The notes beneath the pieces are model-generated. The model was not told where the DNA came from and ran no database searches. It saw nothing but the letters and a program-made list of their open reading frames with translations. This document shows positions 25,943-38,690 of a stretch of DNA of 64,000 bases, one piece after another; within the stretch, counting starts at the first letter, position 1, and every line of letters begins with the position of its first letter. The translations under genes were made by a program, and so were the position numbers. This DNA comes from Lama glama. Taxonomy: Eukaryota. The stretch covers positions 15,192,001 to 15,256,000 of the forward strand of contig CM052817.1 in NCBI GenBank assembly GCA_028534125.1, written 5' to 3'.

Positions 25943-27105
25943 TTGTTAGTCAGCTATTGCCACAATAATGCTGCATAACAAATCACCTCAAAGATTCAGT
26001 GGCCTACTGTGTAATAAAGAATTTGACTGGCCTTTGTCCCCAGTTCCTAGGAGATAGCTTCTAAATTCTTGCAATCTCCTGAGGGGTAAGAGTGTCTTTG
26101 TTATTCATGGAAGGTCCTGGTAGTTTATGCTAACTCAGGATTGGGGGCTGATCATGCCAGAAAGACCAAACATGTGATTAGAGGTTGGGGGAAGACACGT
26201 GATACCATCTGGACTTCTGGGGAGAGGAGAGAGACTGGAGAGTGAGACACGTAGGCCATGATTCAGTCAATCATGACTACATGGTCACCATAGCTTGCAT
26301 GAGTCCCCTGATTGGCAATGTCCTGAGTACTGTAAAATGTCTGTGTGCCATTCCAGCTCCATGGGGAGAGGGGATGATGGACATTTCATATTTGGAAGCC
26401 TCACAGACCATGGTCCTATGCATCAGTCCCTTTGACTAGTTGTGGTCTGTATTCTTTTGCTATAAAAAAAAAAACTGTAACCATAAGTATAGTGCTTTCT
26501 TGAGTTCTATGAGGAATCTCAGTCAAGTATTGAACCTGAGGAAGTAGTGGGAATCAATAAATTTATAATCAGTTGATCAGAAGTGAGGGTGTTCTGGGGA
26601 CCCTCAAACTTGTGGCTCATGTCTAACATGGCTGTCTTAAGAAGGATCATGTCCTTAACCTGTGACATTTGGCCTAATTATAGGAATTGATGTCAGAAGT
26701 CATTGCATTTACAAGAATTTTCATTTCCTGTCAATCATGCATCTGAGGGTCAGTTGGGACAGACAGCTCTGCTTCAGACTGTGGATTGTTCAGATCGAAG
26801 TGGCAGGTCTGATCCATGTGCCTCAATCTGGATTTCATGCTAGAGGGCATTGAATACCTAAAGTATGTTCTCCTCATGGTGATGACAAAAGTACAAGAGA
26901 ATAAACCCAATTGCACAAGAACATTTTAAACATTTACTCGTATCACATCTAATAACATCCCATTGGCCAAAACAATGTGAACAATCTATATGTTAATGGG
27001 TGGGATATACACTCAAAGCTATGGTGAAGCCATGGGAAGGATGCGGATATGTACTTCTGCTATGAGGAGAATGAGTAATTAAGACCATTTTTCAATATTC
27101 CACAC
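25943..27105 (-). mobile_element. MaLR LTR (MLT1G/H-like) split by a nested LTR
   Basis: ttagtcagctattgccacaataatgctgcataacaaa...cagtggc; resumes at 26708 and includes acatcccattggccaaaa. Confidence 0.75.
26008..26707 (+). mobile_element. Solo LTR of MER77/MER21 type
   Basis: TG...CA ends; tgtgtaataaagaatttgactggcctttgtcccc, agaaagaccaaacatgtgattagagg, tgtcagaagtcattgca. Confidence 0.8.
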
Positions 27106-27464
27106 ATTTACAGTGGTGGTGGGGGGGCGGGTGTCATAGGAAGAGGAACCCTGCATTTCATACTCAGAACAAACTCCCTCCAAAGCTGTGTTGTCTGATA
27201 GTTCTGATCTAATGCTTTCTTTCTCTCAAGGCACTGCACATGTCTCTTCTTAGGACTTCTCTCCCACAGTGCTCAGGGTTTCATTTGCTGCCCTGAGAAA
27301 CTCTCTTCTTTCAAAATGCATATTTCAAAATAAGAGCAATAACAACAATGAAGACTCAAAGCTCTAGTGCTTACAGGACTCATCTTTCTTTAGGTGCAGT
27401 TTTGTCACTGTCTTGTGGTTGTTGTTGATTATCAATTGTTATTCATACGACCTACAGGAAGTAC

Positions 27465-27610
27465 ATAACAATCCTGTGCCTTGGTTTTCTTCTCTGTAAA
27501 ATCAACATAATATTACTTTTCTCACAGGTTTGAAGTGACAATCCAGTGAGACAGTACATTTAAATTCTTAGAACAATGACTGAAACAGAGCAAGGACTTA
27601 ATAATAAAAA
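27465..27610 (+). mobile_element. MIR fragment
   Basis: ctgtgccttggttttcttctctgtaaaat...ctcacaggttt. Confidence 0.7.
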
Positions 27611-27624
27611 AAAAGAAGTAAAAT

Positions 27625-27880
27625 TTCCATAGACTTTGTTATGTGTTAGACATTCTTCTAAGTCCTTTACATGCACGAATTCATTTAATCCTAAAAATAA
27701 CACTATGAAATAACTATTTTGCATTTTGATTTTTCACCCTAACTTTACACAGGGTGAAACTGAAGGCCAGAGAGATTTAGTTATTGGCTTAAGTCACAGT
27801 CTGTAGGAGGCAGAGATGGAAATTGAACTCAAGCAGTTAGGTACCTGTATCCACACTCTTAACCTCTATATACTATGGCA
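27625..27880 (-). mobile_element. Near full-length MIR
   Basis: tcatttaatcct...gaaactgaaggccagagag...ttgaactcaagcagt...ctcttaacctctat. Confidence 0.85.
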
Positions 27881-28474
27881 TCACCTCGAGAGCTCAATAA
27901 ATGTTTGTTGTTGTTGCAGTTGTTTTCACTTGAGCATAGCCTTTAGATCTTGCCCCTGCATGAAGAGGCTTATAAAGGATGTTCTTTCAAGCACATTCAA
28001 TGATATTCTTAAGAATACAGTAGGTGAATATAGTTTTTTCTCATCTTTTTACATCTATTTATTTCTACTCCACTTGTTTATAAGCAGGATGCTTTTGAAT
28101 ATAAAAACATATAATATGACATGAAAAAATAAAAAAAAATCTTTGGCATAGAAAAGGGCTATTTTTTCTTAGTGATAAATTCAACTGAAGTCCTTACATG
28201 AGCTCTCAAAAGGGGAATTTGTGTGATTTCTTACAATATGTTGTCAATGACACAGTGGTACAAAAACAGTGTCAAGTAACAATTAAACTTTTCTTATAGT
28301 GTCTCTCAACCCAACCCTCTGGCAAAATGCCAAACACATAATGTAAGAAAAATTCTTTGAGAGGCCAAATCTTAGCAGAGAATAGTGAAGCCTAGTAACC
28401 CAGCTTGAAGCATCTAGCAGCAACTGTCCTCAAGTTCCAAATGTAATTATAAAGTAGTATGATTTACTTTTTAA

Positions 28475-28800
28475 TAAGGATATTGGAATTGTGCATCCAA
28501 ATGAATGCTATCATTCCAAGTCATCATCTTGGGAGGTTGTGAATCTGAGCTAATGATGAAACTGTGTTTCAGAACTTTCTGAAATCTGAGCTCAGTGCCA
28601 GCTTTAGGAATCAAGTCTCACTCTTGTCCTAAATTGCATCACTTAATTTTGTCACCAGCCACGTGACCCACCATACTCATCTCACCCAAAGAGTTACAAA
28701 TATCTTTGGCTGTTTCAGTATATCAAAGCATCCTCAAAAAAGGTAGATTTGCTACCAATAAACATCAAAATGACCTGGCTGGAGTTTTAGTGTATCAATA
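28475..28800 (+). mobile_element. MARNA-like mariner relic
   Basis: aagtcatcatcttgggagg and ccaccatactca...tttggctgtttc...agatttgctacca resemble MARNA and a degenerate transposase C-terminus. Confidence 0.6.
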
Positions 28801-30239
28801 TATAACATCCTTATCTTCTATTGCTGAATTTGGAAACAACTTAGAGACAGATGTAGGAGTTACATAGAGAGCGACTTACCACATTTATAGTGTTAATGCT
28901 GATTGAAATCTCTGACTTGAGATATCTGGAAATGTAGCCTTGTTGATCCATCAACTTTGGTATGAGACAGAATGATCCACCCAGTCCTTGACTGATGGGG
29001 TAGAAATAGACATCTGGTGCAGGAGCAGGTCCCTCACACACAATGACAAGATCTGTATTAACACCTTAGGATGCCCTGCAGTAATGGAGGGAGGAGAGAG
29101 AATAGGAAGACAGTCCCCCTGGCCTCCAGGTTTTTATTAGATTCATTACAGCTAAATGGGAATCATGGACCAGTTAATGGCACCTAACAAACAAGGAACT
29201 CATCCTTCCTCCTAAGAGACACTGCATTGAGGTAAACAGCCAGAATTTGACTCTAGCTGGCATTGCTTCATGGAAACATGAGGCCAAGGAAAAGAAGGGG
29301 ATCCCCTAACTAATACCCCAAAAACTCTAAATGTGGAAAGAAAAGGCTCCAATTCTGGAATGAGTATAGACAGTCTCAGGTGACCATTCTAAAGAGAATA
29401 AATGTATATGATTGAATAGAGTTTAGCATTTTAGTCAAGTAATGAGTGCAATGGCTTTATAGAATCTGCTTACAAAATCTACTGCATCCTATGTGTGTAC
29501 CACAGGTTTGCAAGAAGTTTATGCACAAAACTTGCAAGTTAGTTTGTGCTATAGTTGTGCAGGACCTAAAATGATACTCCAGCAGAAAGGGGCTCTGAGC
29601 ACCTGAAAAAAGTCTCAGGTGTTCACCCTCAGACACATGCTGGGCTAATCATATCAGGACACAAAATCGTGACTCTAGAATGTATCAGAAATATGCAGAG
29701 AGATTCCCTAGTCAGCTAAAATCAAGGCTGGCAGGCCTAAAAATGTTTGTTTTTAACCCCATGGACAAGGTTATTGCACATTACATAATTATTTATGAGC
29801 ATTCAAAATAATTATAAATGTAAAGTTATAAAGAGAGGAAGAAAATGTGAGAAATTATGAGCAAAGTTATCATCTACTTTGTATAAAAGTTTTCAATGCA
29901 TCCCAAATGGATAGACAAACTTGACAACCCTGGCAAATATTTATCTATATCAACATACAGTAACTAGAACAATGTAATTCCGGGATTGGATATTGTTTAA
30001 TAAACTGATTAAGCACATGGAATATGTATTCTAAATTGGCTTCTGGCAGTTTATTTAAGATACATCTTAGTGCTGACAAATATTATAGTATTTCTTGTTA
30101 TCTAGAAATCAGTTTACTGACCATCTCCTAATTATCTTCAGTCCCTCTTTCCAGCAACTGTTTCCCACTCTTTTTGCCCCCATTCTACTGTTTCCATCTA
30201 ACCAAACCTATACGAGCTCCTTTCCACTTCTAATTTAGT

Positions 30240-30830
30240 CCAATATGGTCAGATGCGGTGTTGGGCTCTATTTAGGTGATATAGACCTGACTCTGAAACA
30301 GGCATTTCCTTTAGTGAGATTACATCTAAAAAGAACAGAAAATGTGCTGTGGGAATTCAGAGATGAAGGTGGTCATTTCCATCTGGCAACATCAAGGAGG
30401 ATTTCATGGAAGAAGTCACGTTTGAGCTGGGTCTTAAGTAAACAAGATCTGAGCATGAAGAGATGGGGACAGGAAGGTAGAGCAACCAGAATGTTTGGAA
30501 ATAAACCTAAGCAAACGTATGTTTGGAAATAAAAAATTGTAGGGAATTTCCTAATATTAGGGAATAATTGGTTTGTCAAAGGGTAAAGTGAGAAATACAA
30601 TTGAAAAGAGTGTAGGGTCAGGTTTTAGATGATACTGAATGCTTAACAAATAACCAGAATTAGTAAGAATCATTGAGCATAATCAAGTAGGAGACCAGAT
30701 AAGTGTGGTCAGGCTAAACCTGTGGCCCAAGGAGAATAATCAAGCATCAACAGGCAATATGCATGGAGTATCTAAAGACTGAAAATGAAGGGGAGTATTT
30801 GGAAGCTGCTGCAAATGTCAAGTTAAAGGT
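30240..30830 (-). mobile_element. Decayed L2 fragment
   Basis: gtgctgtgggaattcagag...ttcatggaagaagtcacgtttgagctgggtcttaa. Confidence 0.7.
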
Positions 30831-31464
30831 AATATTCTTAGCTTTTACTCAGAACTCTTTTTCTCCACCTGTGGTTTGCTTTGCGCAGCATATGATAACA
30901 CTCCGAATTCTTCTCTGACTCAGCTCCTTTGTGCCTCTCCTTCAACATAATTCAGATCTTCACTGACTTCAATGTACATTGTTAGCCATCTGTGTATTGA
31001 GATCCCCCTCTACCTGACATGCTTGTGTGCACACACATCCGTGTATGTGTGCACATATCCAGTTTCCTTCTGGTCCTGTGAATTTCTCCAAGAAAACAAG
31101 CAAGCTCTTATTCTGTTAAAGCATGCTTTGAATCAGACCTACGTTCTTTGTTTTAATCTTTATAAATTGCGAAATTTTTCTTTCACTAGTTTTTCCTCAT
31201 CTGGTGCCCCTTCCTTCCTCTGTGTTTGAAATCCATGACACATGCAAGTGACACAGAATGCCAAGTATAGGTCAAAAAGCATCCTTATGAAAAACAAGAT
31301 ACAGTCTGTTCTCAGTGCAAGGTAGTTTAGTGTTTCAAATGACACATTTTTATTTTGTGGTGATGTGAAATGTCTCTTGAATCTCTAACTTCCATTCAAA
31401 GGATTTGATCATAAGAAAACTGTCCAATTCTAGTTTTCTTGAAGGAAAAGCCATGTCTATATAT

Positions 31465-31550
31465 CTTCATATTTCCAGGGTTGAGCACAGGGCCTGGTAC
31501 ACAGTAGGTATCCTCCAAACACTGCTGAATGAATGAATGAATGAATGAAT
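31465..31550 (+). mobile_element. L2 3' end with (GAAT)n tail
   Basis: agcacagggcctggtacacagtaggt...tgaatgaatgaatgaatgaat. Confidence 0.85.
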
Positions 31551-32554
31551 TATTATTTTGGAAATATTTCATAACATTATAAAAATGGCATTTTGTTGGA
31601 CTATTTATACTTTGGCTTGAGCCATACAATCTTACCAATTATCTATGTTTTATCCCCTCATTATCTCAAACCATTTATTCACTCCTTTCCTTTGCTTTTC
31701 TGTCTCCCTCAATTTTCCACTTCCCCTTTAAAGAGCATGATGAATATTAATTATGTTTTAATATACAAAAATAGCACCCTCAGTGCCTTTGATTTTTCTT
31801 TGACTTGTCCTTACTCTTTCCTGTGTCTCTTGATTTCCCATTATTTTATGTGAAGCTAAATCGATGAGCCCCCTTTTCTCATTTTATCTTCTCACTCTGT
31901 GCCTTTGCAACTGCCTTTTCTTCCACTTTGCTTTAACTATTCTATCTCATTGTCTTCAAATTGTTTATGGTCATATTTGTCACTTTATACAGGTAGCATC
32001 TAAATGCAAATATTCTTCCAGAAAAATTACAGAGTGGCAGGGGAAAATAATGCTTTGAAATAAACACTGTATATTCAACTGGTTTCCAAATCAGCACCAG
32101 CTAAACAAACGCCTAATAGCAGTCCTTAGAGAGGGAAGATTAGTATGTTTTGAAATCAGAAGTTATCCTTTTCTCTTTCTCTAGCTTCCCTTTCTTTTTT
32201 CCCTTTCTTTTACAACATCATAAAGGATTATTGCAAATGACAAAGGAGATTTTGGTTGAAACTTTTGGCTTCTTATCTCAGACTGCATGTGTGTCTTTAG
32301 ACAAATAGATAAAGAAATGGAATCTTGGAGGGGAAGACATCAATTTCACTTGCAAGTAAGTCATTTTAGACCAAAGAAATGAAGATTTTGTATGCCATCC
32401 AGTTTTTTCTTTTTGTCACGCATGTGGCTTATAAAAATATTCTTAAAAGATCCAAAACCATGAGAATAATGAGCCACCCTTGGTTAAGGTGAACCTCTGG
32501 TTAGTTAATGATGGAGCCAGGACTGAGTAAAGTTGGAATGGAAGTCTCCCTGTG

Positions 32555-32800
32555 TTCAGAGCACAGGTTTGGAGACATCAAACTAATTTAAATATCTTTT
32601 GACATTTACTTGCCCTGTGGCTTTAGGCAAGATATTTGATCCCCAATTTCCTCATCTGGAAAATGGGATGAAATCTGTTGACCTCAAAGGGGTTATGAGA
32701 GTTAAATGAAGCACTGCCTACAGAGGGCTTATAAGAGTGTCTAACACTCCTTGGAGCTGTAACTTGTAATAGGTGCATGACTACTATTACTGATGATAAT
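32555..32800 (+). mobile_element. MIR SINE
   Basis: tttcctcatctggaaaatgggat...gagagttaaatga. Confidence 0.7.
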
Positions 32801-33007
32801 ATACATGTAATAGTTCTCAGTCCTCACTCTGCTTGAATATGCAGTGATCTTTCTCACATTTTTGCCTTTACACATGCAACTCTCTTTTCCTAAAATACTC
32901 TCCCCTGAGTTTATCATTTAACATAGCAACCTTTTATTCACCCTACAAAACCCTTCAGTTCATAGACATCTCTTGGCAGCAAGTCTGCCGAACTGATTTC
33001 TGCATTC

Positions 33008-33415
33008 TTTGAATCATTCAACCAATATTTATCCAGTGCTTTCTACGTCCAGGCACTGTTCTAGCAAATATGGAAATATGGAAATGATTGTGCACAAAAC
33101 TAAAACAAAAAACAAAAAGCAAAAAAAAAATAATCCTGCCTCATGGAGCTTACATTCCAGTAGGGGACATGAACTATAATAAAAAATAAATAAGTGAAAT
33201 ATACAGAACGAAAGATTGACTATCAGTGCTACGGAGAAAATAGAGCAGGAAAGAGTACAGGATGCTAAGGCTGGAAGGACGGGCAGTTTCAATTTAAATA
33301 GGTTGATCAGCAAAGACATCCAAACAAAGATGTGGAGGAAGAGAAAGATTGAACCACTTGGAAACTTGGGGAAAAATGTTCCAGACAGAGAAACAGTAAA
33401 TGCAAAGGCTTCAGG
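33008..33415 (-). mobile_element. L2a-like 3' region
   Basis: cattcaaccaatatttat...ccaggcactgttctag...cctgcctcatggagcttacattccagt...gttccagacagagaaacagtaaatgcaaagg. Confidence 0.85.
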
Positions 33416-33982
33416 GAACCACTTTTTATTTATGTTATGTCTGTACCATATCTACTTCTATTAATGCATTGATTAAAATTATTGATTATTAAAAATTTAA
33501 ATATATTTTATATTTTAAAATTATGTATTCAGGTGTCTAAGGCTATGAAGGCAGGGATCGTGTCTAATGGATCTGTTTTTATTATGTGGTATGGGGTCTG
33601 GTCTTCAGCAGGTGCTCAAAAATGTCCATTCACTTAAGTTTAACAATGACGCTAATCTTCCTGGACAGAATGGATGCAGTGTTTCAATCGCTTGCCAGTC
33701 AGGTCAGGAGGTTTTGTCACTAGGAGGTATTCTACTGTAGATTTTGAAGAGGTGGACATACTCCTTTGGGTTCTCTTGCATTATCTCCCCTCTTTTGTGA
33801 GATAGCTTCTTCAGAGTTTATTCTCTGATCAGAAGAAAGGTATTTGGGATGCAGTGGCAGAGTAAGCACCTGATAGACTTTAGCCTTTTTTTATAGCAGT
33901 TCTCACTAGTTCCCCTGTTTGCAGTAATTAAATTGAAGGCATGGCCTCTTAAGCATGAAAGGGACCTGGTAGCAGCTAGTTC

Positions 33983-34290
33983 AAGGTGTCATGAACCCTC
34001 ATCCCTGCAGAGTCAGGCAGGTGACATAGAGGGATGGTAGGAATGGGATTCTGGCTAATGGAGAGTGACATGTAGGAATTGGATTCTGGCTAAAGGCAAG
34101 TGTAATTCAAATCCAGACATTTGGCCTCGTGCTGAAATGAAGGTTGAGTATCTTTAAGGTGTTCTAAAGCAGCTGTAAATCTATATGTTGTGTAAAACCT
34201 CCTAATTTTTCAATGTTGGTAACAAGTTTAATTTAAAAAAAAATGTATGCCAAAACAAAATGTCAAACAAAATATGTTTAGGTCCCGAAG
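33983..34290. mobile_element. MER102-like hAT MITE inside a MIR3 (~33945-34450)
   Basis: caaggtgtcatgaacc...cctgcagagtcaggcaggtgacata resembles the MER102 end; MIR3 halves flank it. Confidence 0.55.
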
Positions 34291-35294
34291 TCAGTCATTT
34301 TGCATCTCATATTTGATTAAACTCCCCCATTTTTTTGGTAGGGAAAATAAGATGTCAAAAAAACAAGCATCCTGCTCAGTCACAGAGCTAGGGCAGAGGC
34401 AGAGTCAGAACCAGAAGCTCCCCAAATCCAGGCCATCGTGGACATCATTTCATGTCCTCAAACGCTGATCCTGTCTGCTTGCTTTAAAATAAACACGCAG
34501 CTCTGATATTCAAATGCATTCGTAAACATCACATATCCTTTTGCTTTCAGTTTGTTTGAAGACTTAGTGTAGAAACAGCTTCTGTTACATCAAAGATCAA
34601 AACATCAGGATTTGGAACATTATGTGCTCATTAGAGTTAGTGTCAAACCTATCTCCCAGGCTCACACCTACCTGCCATTGAAGGGAAAACGTCTTATCAA
34701 CTATTTATGGAAGACCCCAGGGGCTTCCTCTTGAGAGAACCTGAACGTGTAATTTTCACCACTGCGTAGCAACTGCCACATTTCCTCCACCTCTGTCTCT
34801 GCTCTCAAACAACCCTTTAACAGTCACTGGTATTAACACCGATGTGTCTGATCCACAAAATTCACTAGTCTTAAATTAGCTCCCTTAATTTTGCTTTAGA
34901 CAGGTGCCTTTACAATTACAGCTTACCGTGGAAAAGGGGAGAATCCAGCCCCTATTCATACACTTCATCATGTCATTTTTTTGTAATGATGATCCCAAGG
35001 AAATCTTTGTTGCACTCTCATTGTTTCAGAAAATTGTGTGTGTGTGTATATATGCATGGATGTGTGTGTAACAGAGATGGAGAGACAGAGATTGATCTTT
35101 AAGTTTTAATTTACAGACAAACTTGTTTTCAAAGGATAATTCAGTGTTATGAGAAAATAATAATGACATGATACCAAATACTAATTGAACATTTTTCAAT
35201 AATTTCAAATTTTGTAATAGGAAAATACTTATTAGAAGTTAATTGTTTAATTAATTTGATGATGTAATGCATTTCTTGGTCCATCTTAAAAAGT

Positions 35295-35960
35295 TATTTT
35301 TTAAAAATATAATTTACATTACTAAAATTTACCCTCTTAAAGTAGACATTTGATGAGTTTTGACAGATGTCTATAACTACAATCACAATAAAGATATGGA
35401 AATTTTTCTTCCCCTCAGAAGTTCCCTGGAATCCTTTTGTAGTCTATCTCCTCCTCTCACCTCAGTCTCTGGCAACCAGTGATATATTTTTTATTCCTCT
35501 AGTTTTGTCCTTCCCAAAATGTCAAATAAATGAACTCATGCAATATGCAGTCATTCACAGATGTCTTTTTCCACATAACAAATGCTTTAGAGACTCATCT
35601 ACAATGTTGTATTATCAGTAGCTTGCTCCTAGTGTAGAGTAGCATTTTATTGTATCATTATACCTCAATTGATTTATCCATTTACTAGTTAATAGAAATT
35701 TGAGTTGTTTGCAGTAGTTGGCTATTATGAATATCACTATTATGTGCATTTGCTGGCAGGTCTTTGTGTGGACAAGTGTTATCGTATCTGTTGGAGTAGG
35801 ATTGTTGGATTATATGATAAATGTATGTTTAATTTATAAGAAATGGCCACACTGTTTTCCAAAGTGGCTGTATCATTTTACATTTCCACCAGCTAGGTAT
35901 GTGACTTGGAATTGATGCACAAATTTACCCACATTTAGTATTATTGGTCTTTTTGCTTTT
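35295..35960 (-). mobile_element. L1MB-like 3' end
   Basis: tgatgagttttgacagatg...ctggcaaccagtgat...ccacactgttttccaaagtggctgtatcattttacatttccaccagc. Confidence 0.85.
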
Positions 35961-35967
35961 TTGTATT

Positions 35968-36548
35968 TGTGATGGTTAATTTTATGTCACATTGACTGAT
36001 GGGGCCACAGTGTCCAGATATTTGGTCAAACATTATTGTGGGTGTTTTTGCGAGGGTGTTTTTTAAAAACTAAAATGTAGTTGATTTACAATGTTAGTTT
36101 CTGGTATACAGCAAAGTGATTCAGTTATATATATATGTAAAATATATATCTCTTTTTTCACTTTCTTTTGTTACAATTTATTACAAGATATTGAATGTAG
36201 TTCCCTGTGCCATACAGTAGGACCTGTTTTTTTTTTTTTATCAATTTTATATATAGTAGTTTATATCTGCTAATCCCAAACTCCTAATTTACTCCTCCTC
36301 AACCCTCTTTCTCCTTTGGTAACCATAAGTTTTTTTCTATATCCATGAGTCTCTTCCACTTTCATAAATAAGTCCATTTGTGTCATATTTTAGATTCCAC
36401 ATTTAGTGGTATGGTATTTGTTTTTCTCTTTTTAACATACTTCGCTTAGTATGATAATCTCTAGGTCCATCCATGTTGCTGCAAATGGCATTATTTCATT
36501 CTTTATTATGACTGAGTAGTATTCCATTATATATATATACACACACAT

Positions 36549-36582
<34 letters not shown>

Positions 36583-36930
36583 ATATATACACCTACCACA
36601 TCTTTTTTTTATCTAATTATCTGTTGATGGACATTTAGGTTGCTTTCATGTCTTGGCTATTGTAAATAGTGCTGCTGTGAACATTGGGATGCATGCATCT
36701 TTTCAAATAATAGTTTTCTCTGGATATGTCCCCAGGACTGGGATTGCTGGGTCATATGGCAACTCTATCTTTAATTTTTTAAGGAACCTCCACAGTGTTT
36801 TCCATAGTGGCTGCACCAATTTATATTCCCATCAACAGTATAGGAGGGTTCCCTTTTCTCTGTGAAGGTGTTTTGATTTACATTTAAATTGGTGGACTTT
36901 GAGTAAAGCAAATTATACACTACGAGGCCC
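35968..36930 (+). mobile_element. MLT2 (ERVL) LTR 5' portion interrupted by a younger L1
   Basis: tgtgatggttaattttatgtc...ccagatatttggtcaaacattatt; resumes with acatttaaattggtggactttgagtaaagca. Confidence 0.85.
36063..36858 (-). mobile_element. Younger L1 3' end (~0.8 kb) with ~16-bp target-site duplication
   Basis: gttgatttacaatgttagtttctggtatacagcaaagtgattcag...ttccatagtggctgcaccaattta; flanks tttgcgagggtgtttt (36047-36062) and tctgtgaaggtgtttt (36859-36874) match 13/16. Confidence 0.9.
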
Positions 36931-36939
36931 AACAAGTAC

Positions 36940-38460
36940 CCTTGTATTCTTAGATCATTGTGAATATTTTTCATGATTGATGCTAAATTTTTCTGCATTT
37001 ATTAAGTGTTTTTTCTGCATGTATTAATATGATCATTTGGTTTTCTTGCTTTGTTTGTTGATGTAATGATTTACATTGGTTAATTTTCAAATGTTGAACC
37101 AAACTTTTATTCTTAAAATAAACCTCACTTGTTCATGATGTATTATCTTTTTTTATGTATTTCTGGAGTCAGTTTGCTAATTTTTTTGTTGGTGATTATT
37201 GTGTCTACATTTATAAGATATATTGGTCTGTGTTTTTGGTTTGTGTTTTTGGATTATCTTTATTTGCTTTTGGTGTTAAGGTAATAACCTAATGAGTTGT
37301 GGAGTGGTAAATTTCTTCTATTCTCAGGAAGAGTTTGTGTCAAATTTGTATTTGGTAGATTTCATCAATGAAGCCATCTAGGCTTAGAGACCTCACACCC
37401 CCTTTATATCTATGATTGTTTGAAAGCTTTTAATTATACATTAAATTTCTTTAATAGGTCTAGGGCTATTTATGGTATCTACTTCCTTTTAAATGAACTT
37501 TGGTAATTCGTATTTTTCAAAGAATTTGTCAATCACATCCAAGTTGCTGAATAAACAAACAATTGTCGTAATATTCCATTATTACCCTATTAACATCTGT
37601 AGGATCAATAGTGATGTTCTCTCTTTTATATCTGATCTTGGAAATTGGTGTCTTCTCTCACCCTTTTTTACAAAAAAATAATACTCATTAGTGTAGCTAG
37701 ATGTTTATTAACTATATTAAACTTTATAAAAATAGCTTTTGGTTTTATTTTTTCTATTATTCTCCCTCTCTTCTATTTCACTGATACATTAATACTTTTA
37801 TCTATGTTATTTGCTTTCTTCCTCTTAATTTGGATTTAACTTGCTTTTCTTTTCCTAGTTTCTTAAGAAAGAAGGCTATAATATTGATTGTAAATTTTTC
37901 TTTTTTTCCATACAAACACTTCAGGCTGCAAAATTCTCTTTGAGTACTTCTTTAGATGCATTCCCACAAAATTTGATATGTGTTAATTTTCATTTATTTC
38001 AAAATATTTTTAATATTCATTGCACTTCTTCTTTTAAATACTTATGTATTATTAGAAGTGTGTTTTTATTTTCTGACTTTGCTTGTATTTTTCTAGTAAT
38101 GATTTTTAGTTAATTCCATGTGGTCATAGAACATATTTGTGTGCAATTTCAGTTCATTTGTGTTTATTGAGGCTTGGTTTATTTTTCAGAATAAGGTCTA
38201 TTTGAATGTCTATGGTCTACCTGAATGTCTATGGAATGTCCATTTACAGTGGAAAAGAATGTGCTCTCTACTGATATTGAGTGGCATGTCTTATAAATGT
38301 CAATTAATTCAAGTAATTTCTTAGTATGGCTCAGAGCTTTTATATCTTTACTGATTCTTTATCTATTTGTTTTTTCAAATACAAAAAGAGGAGTGTTGAA
38401 ATTTCCGACTACAGTGGTTCACTTGCTTATTTCTCCTTTCCGGTCTATTTTGTTTTATGT
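36940..38460 (-). mobile_element. Old L1M ORF2 remnant (non-coding)
   Basis: T-rich antisense ORF2 landmarks: ttttcaaatgttgaaccaa, aatgaagccatctaggc, ccatgtggtcatagaaca, gaggagtgttgaaattt. Confidence 0.85.
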
Positions 38461-38690
38461 GTGCTAAGCACTGAGTATATATTATATTATTTTTTCTTTA
38501 AAATAATTCTTTGCATAAGAACAGTATTCTGAATAAACATTATTATTATCTCTACTTGCAGATAAGAAAATATACAGATGGAGAGATTTCATAACTTGCC
38601 AAAATAACATACAGCATGTAAGTGGTCTAGTTAGGATTTGAACCCAGGCATTCTGACTTTGGACCTTATCTGTACAGTAAAATATCATGT
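38460..38690 (-). mobile_element. MIR SINE
   Basis: ataacttgccaaaataacatacagc...ggatttgaacccaggcattctgact. Confidence 0.8.

Noticed and set aside
27465..27880. Inverted MIR pair as a possible dsRNA hairpin (similar pair at 6658-7390)
   Set aside because: Copies are too diverged to pair stably, and such pairs are expected at this MIR density
30542..30561. Perfect GGGAATTTCC overlapping the palindrome cctaatattagg
   Set aside because: Isolated motif inside a decayed L2 with no supporting context; plausibly chance
36653..36998. ORFs with L1 ORF2 C-terminal-like peptide ([21 protein letters not shown])
   Set aside because: Part of a 5'-truncated L1 insertion, not a host gene
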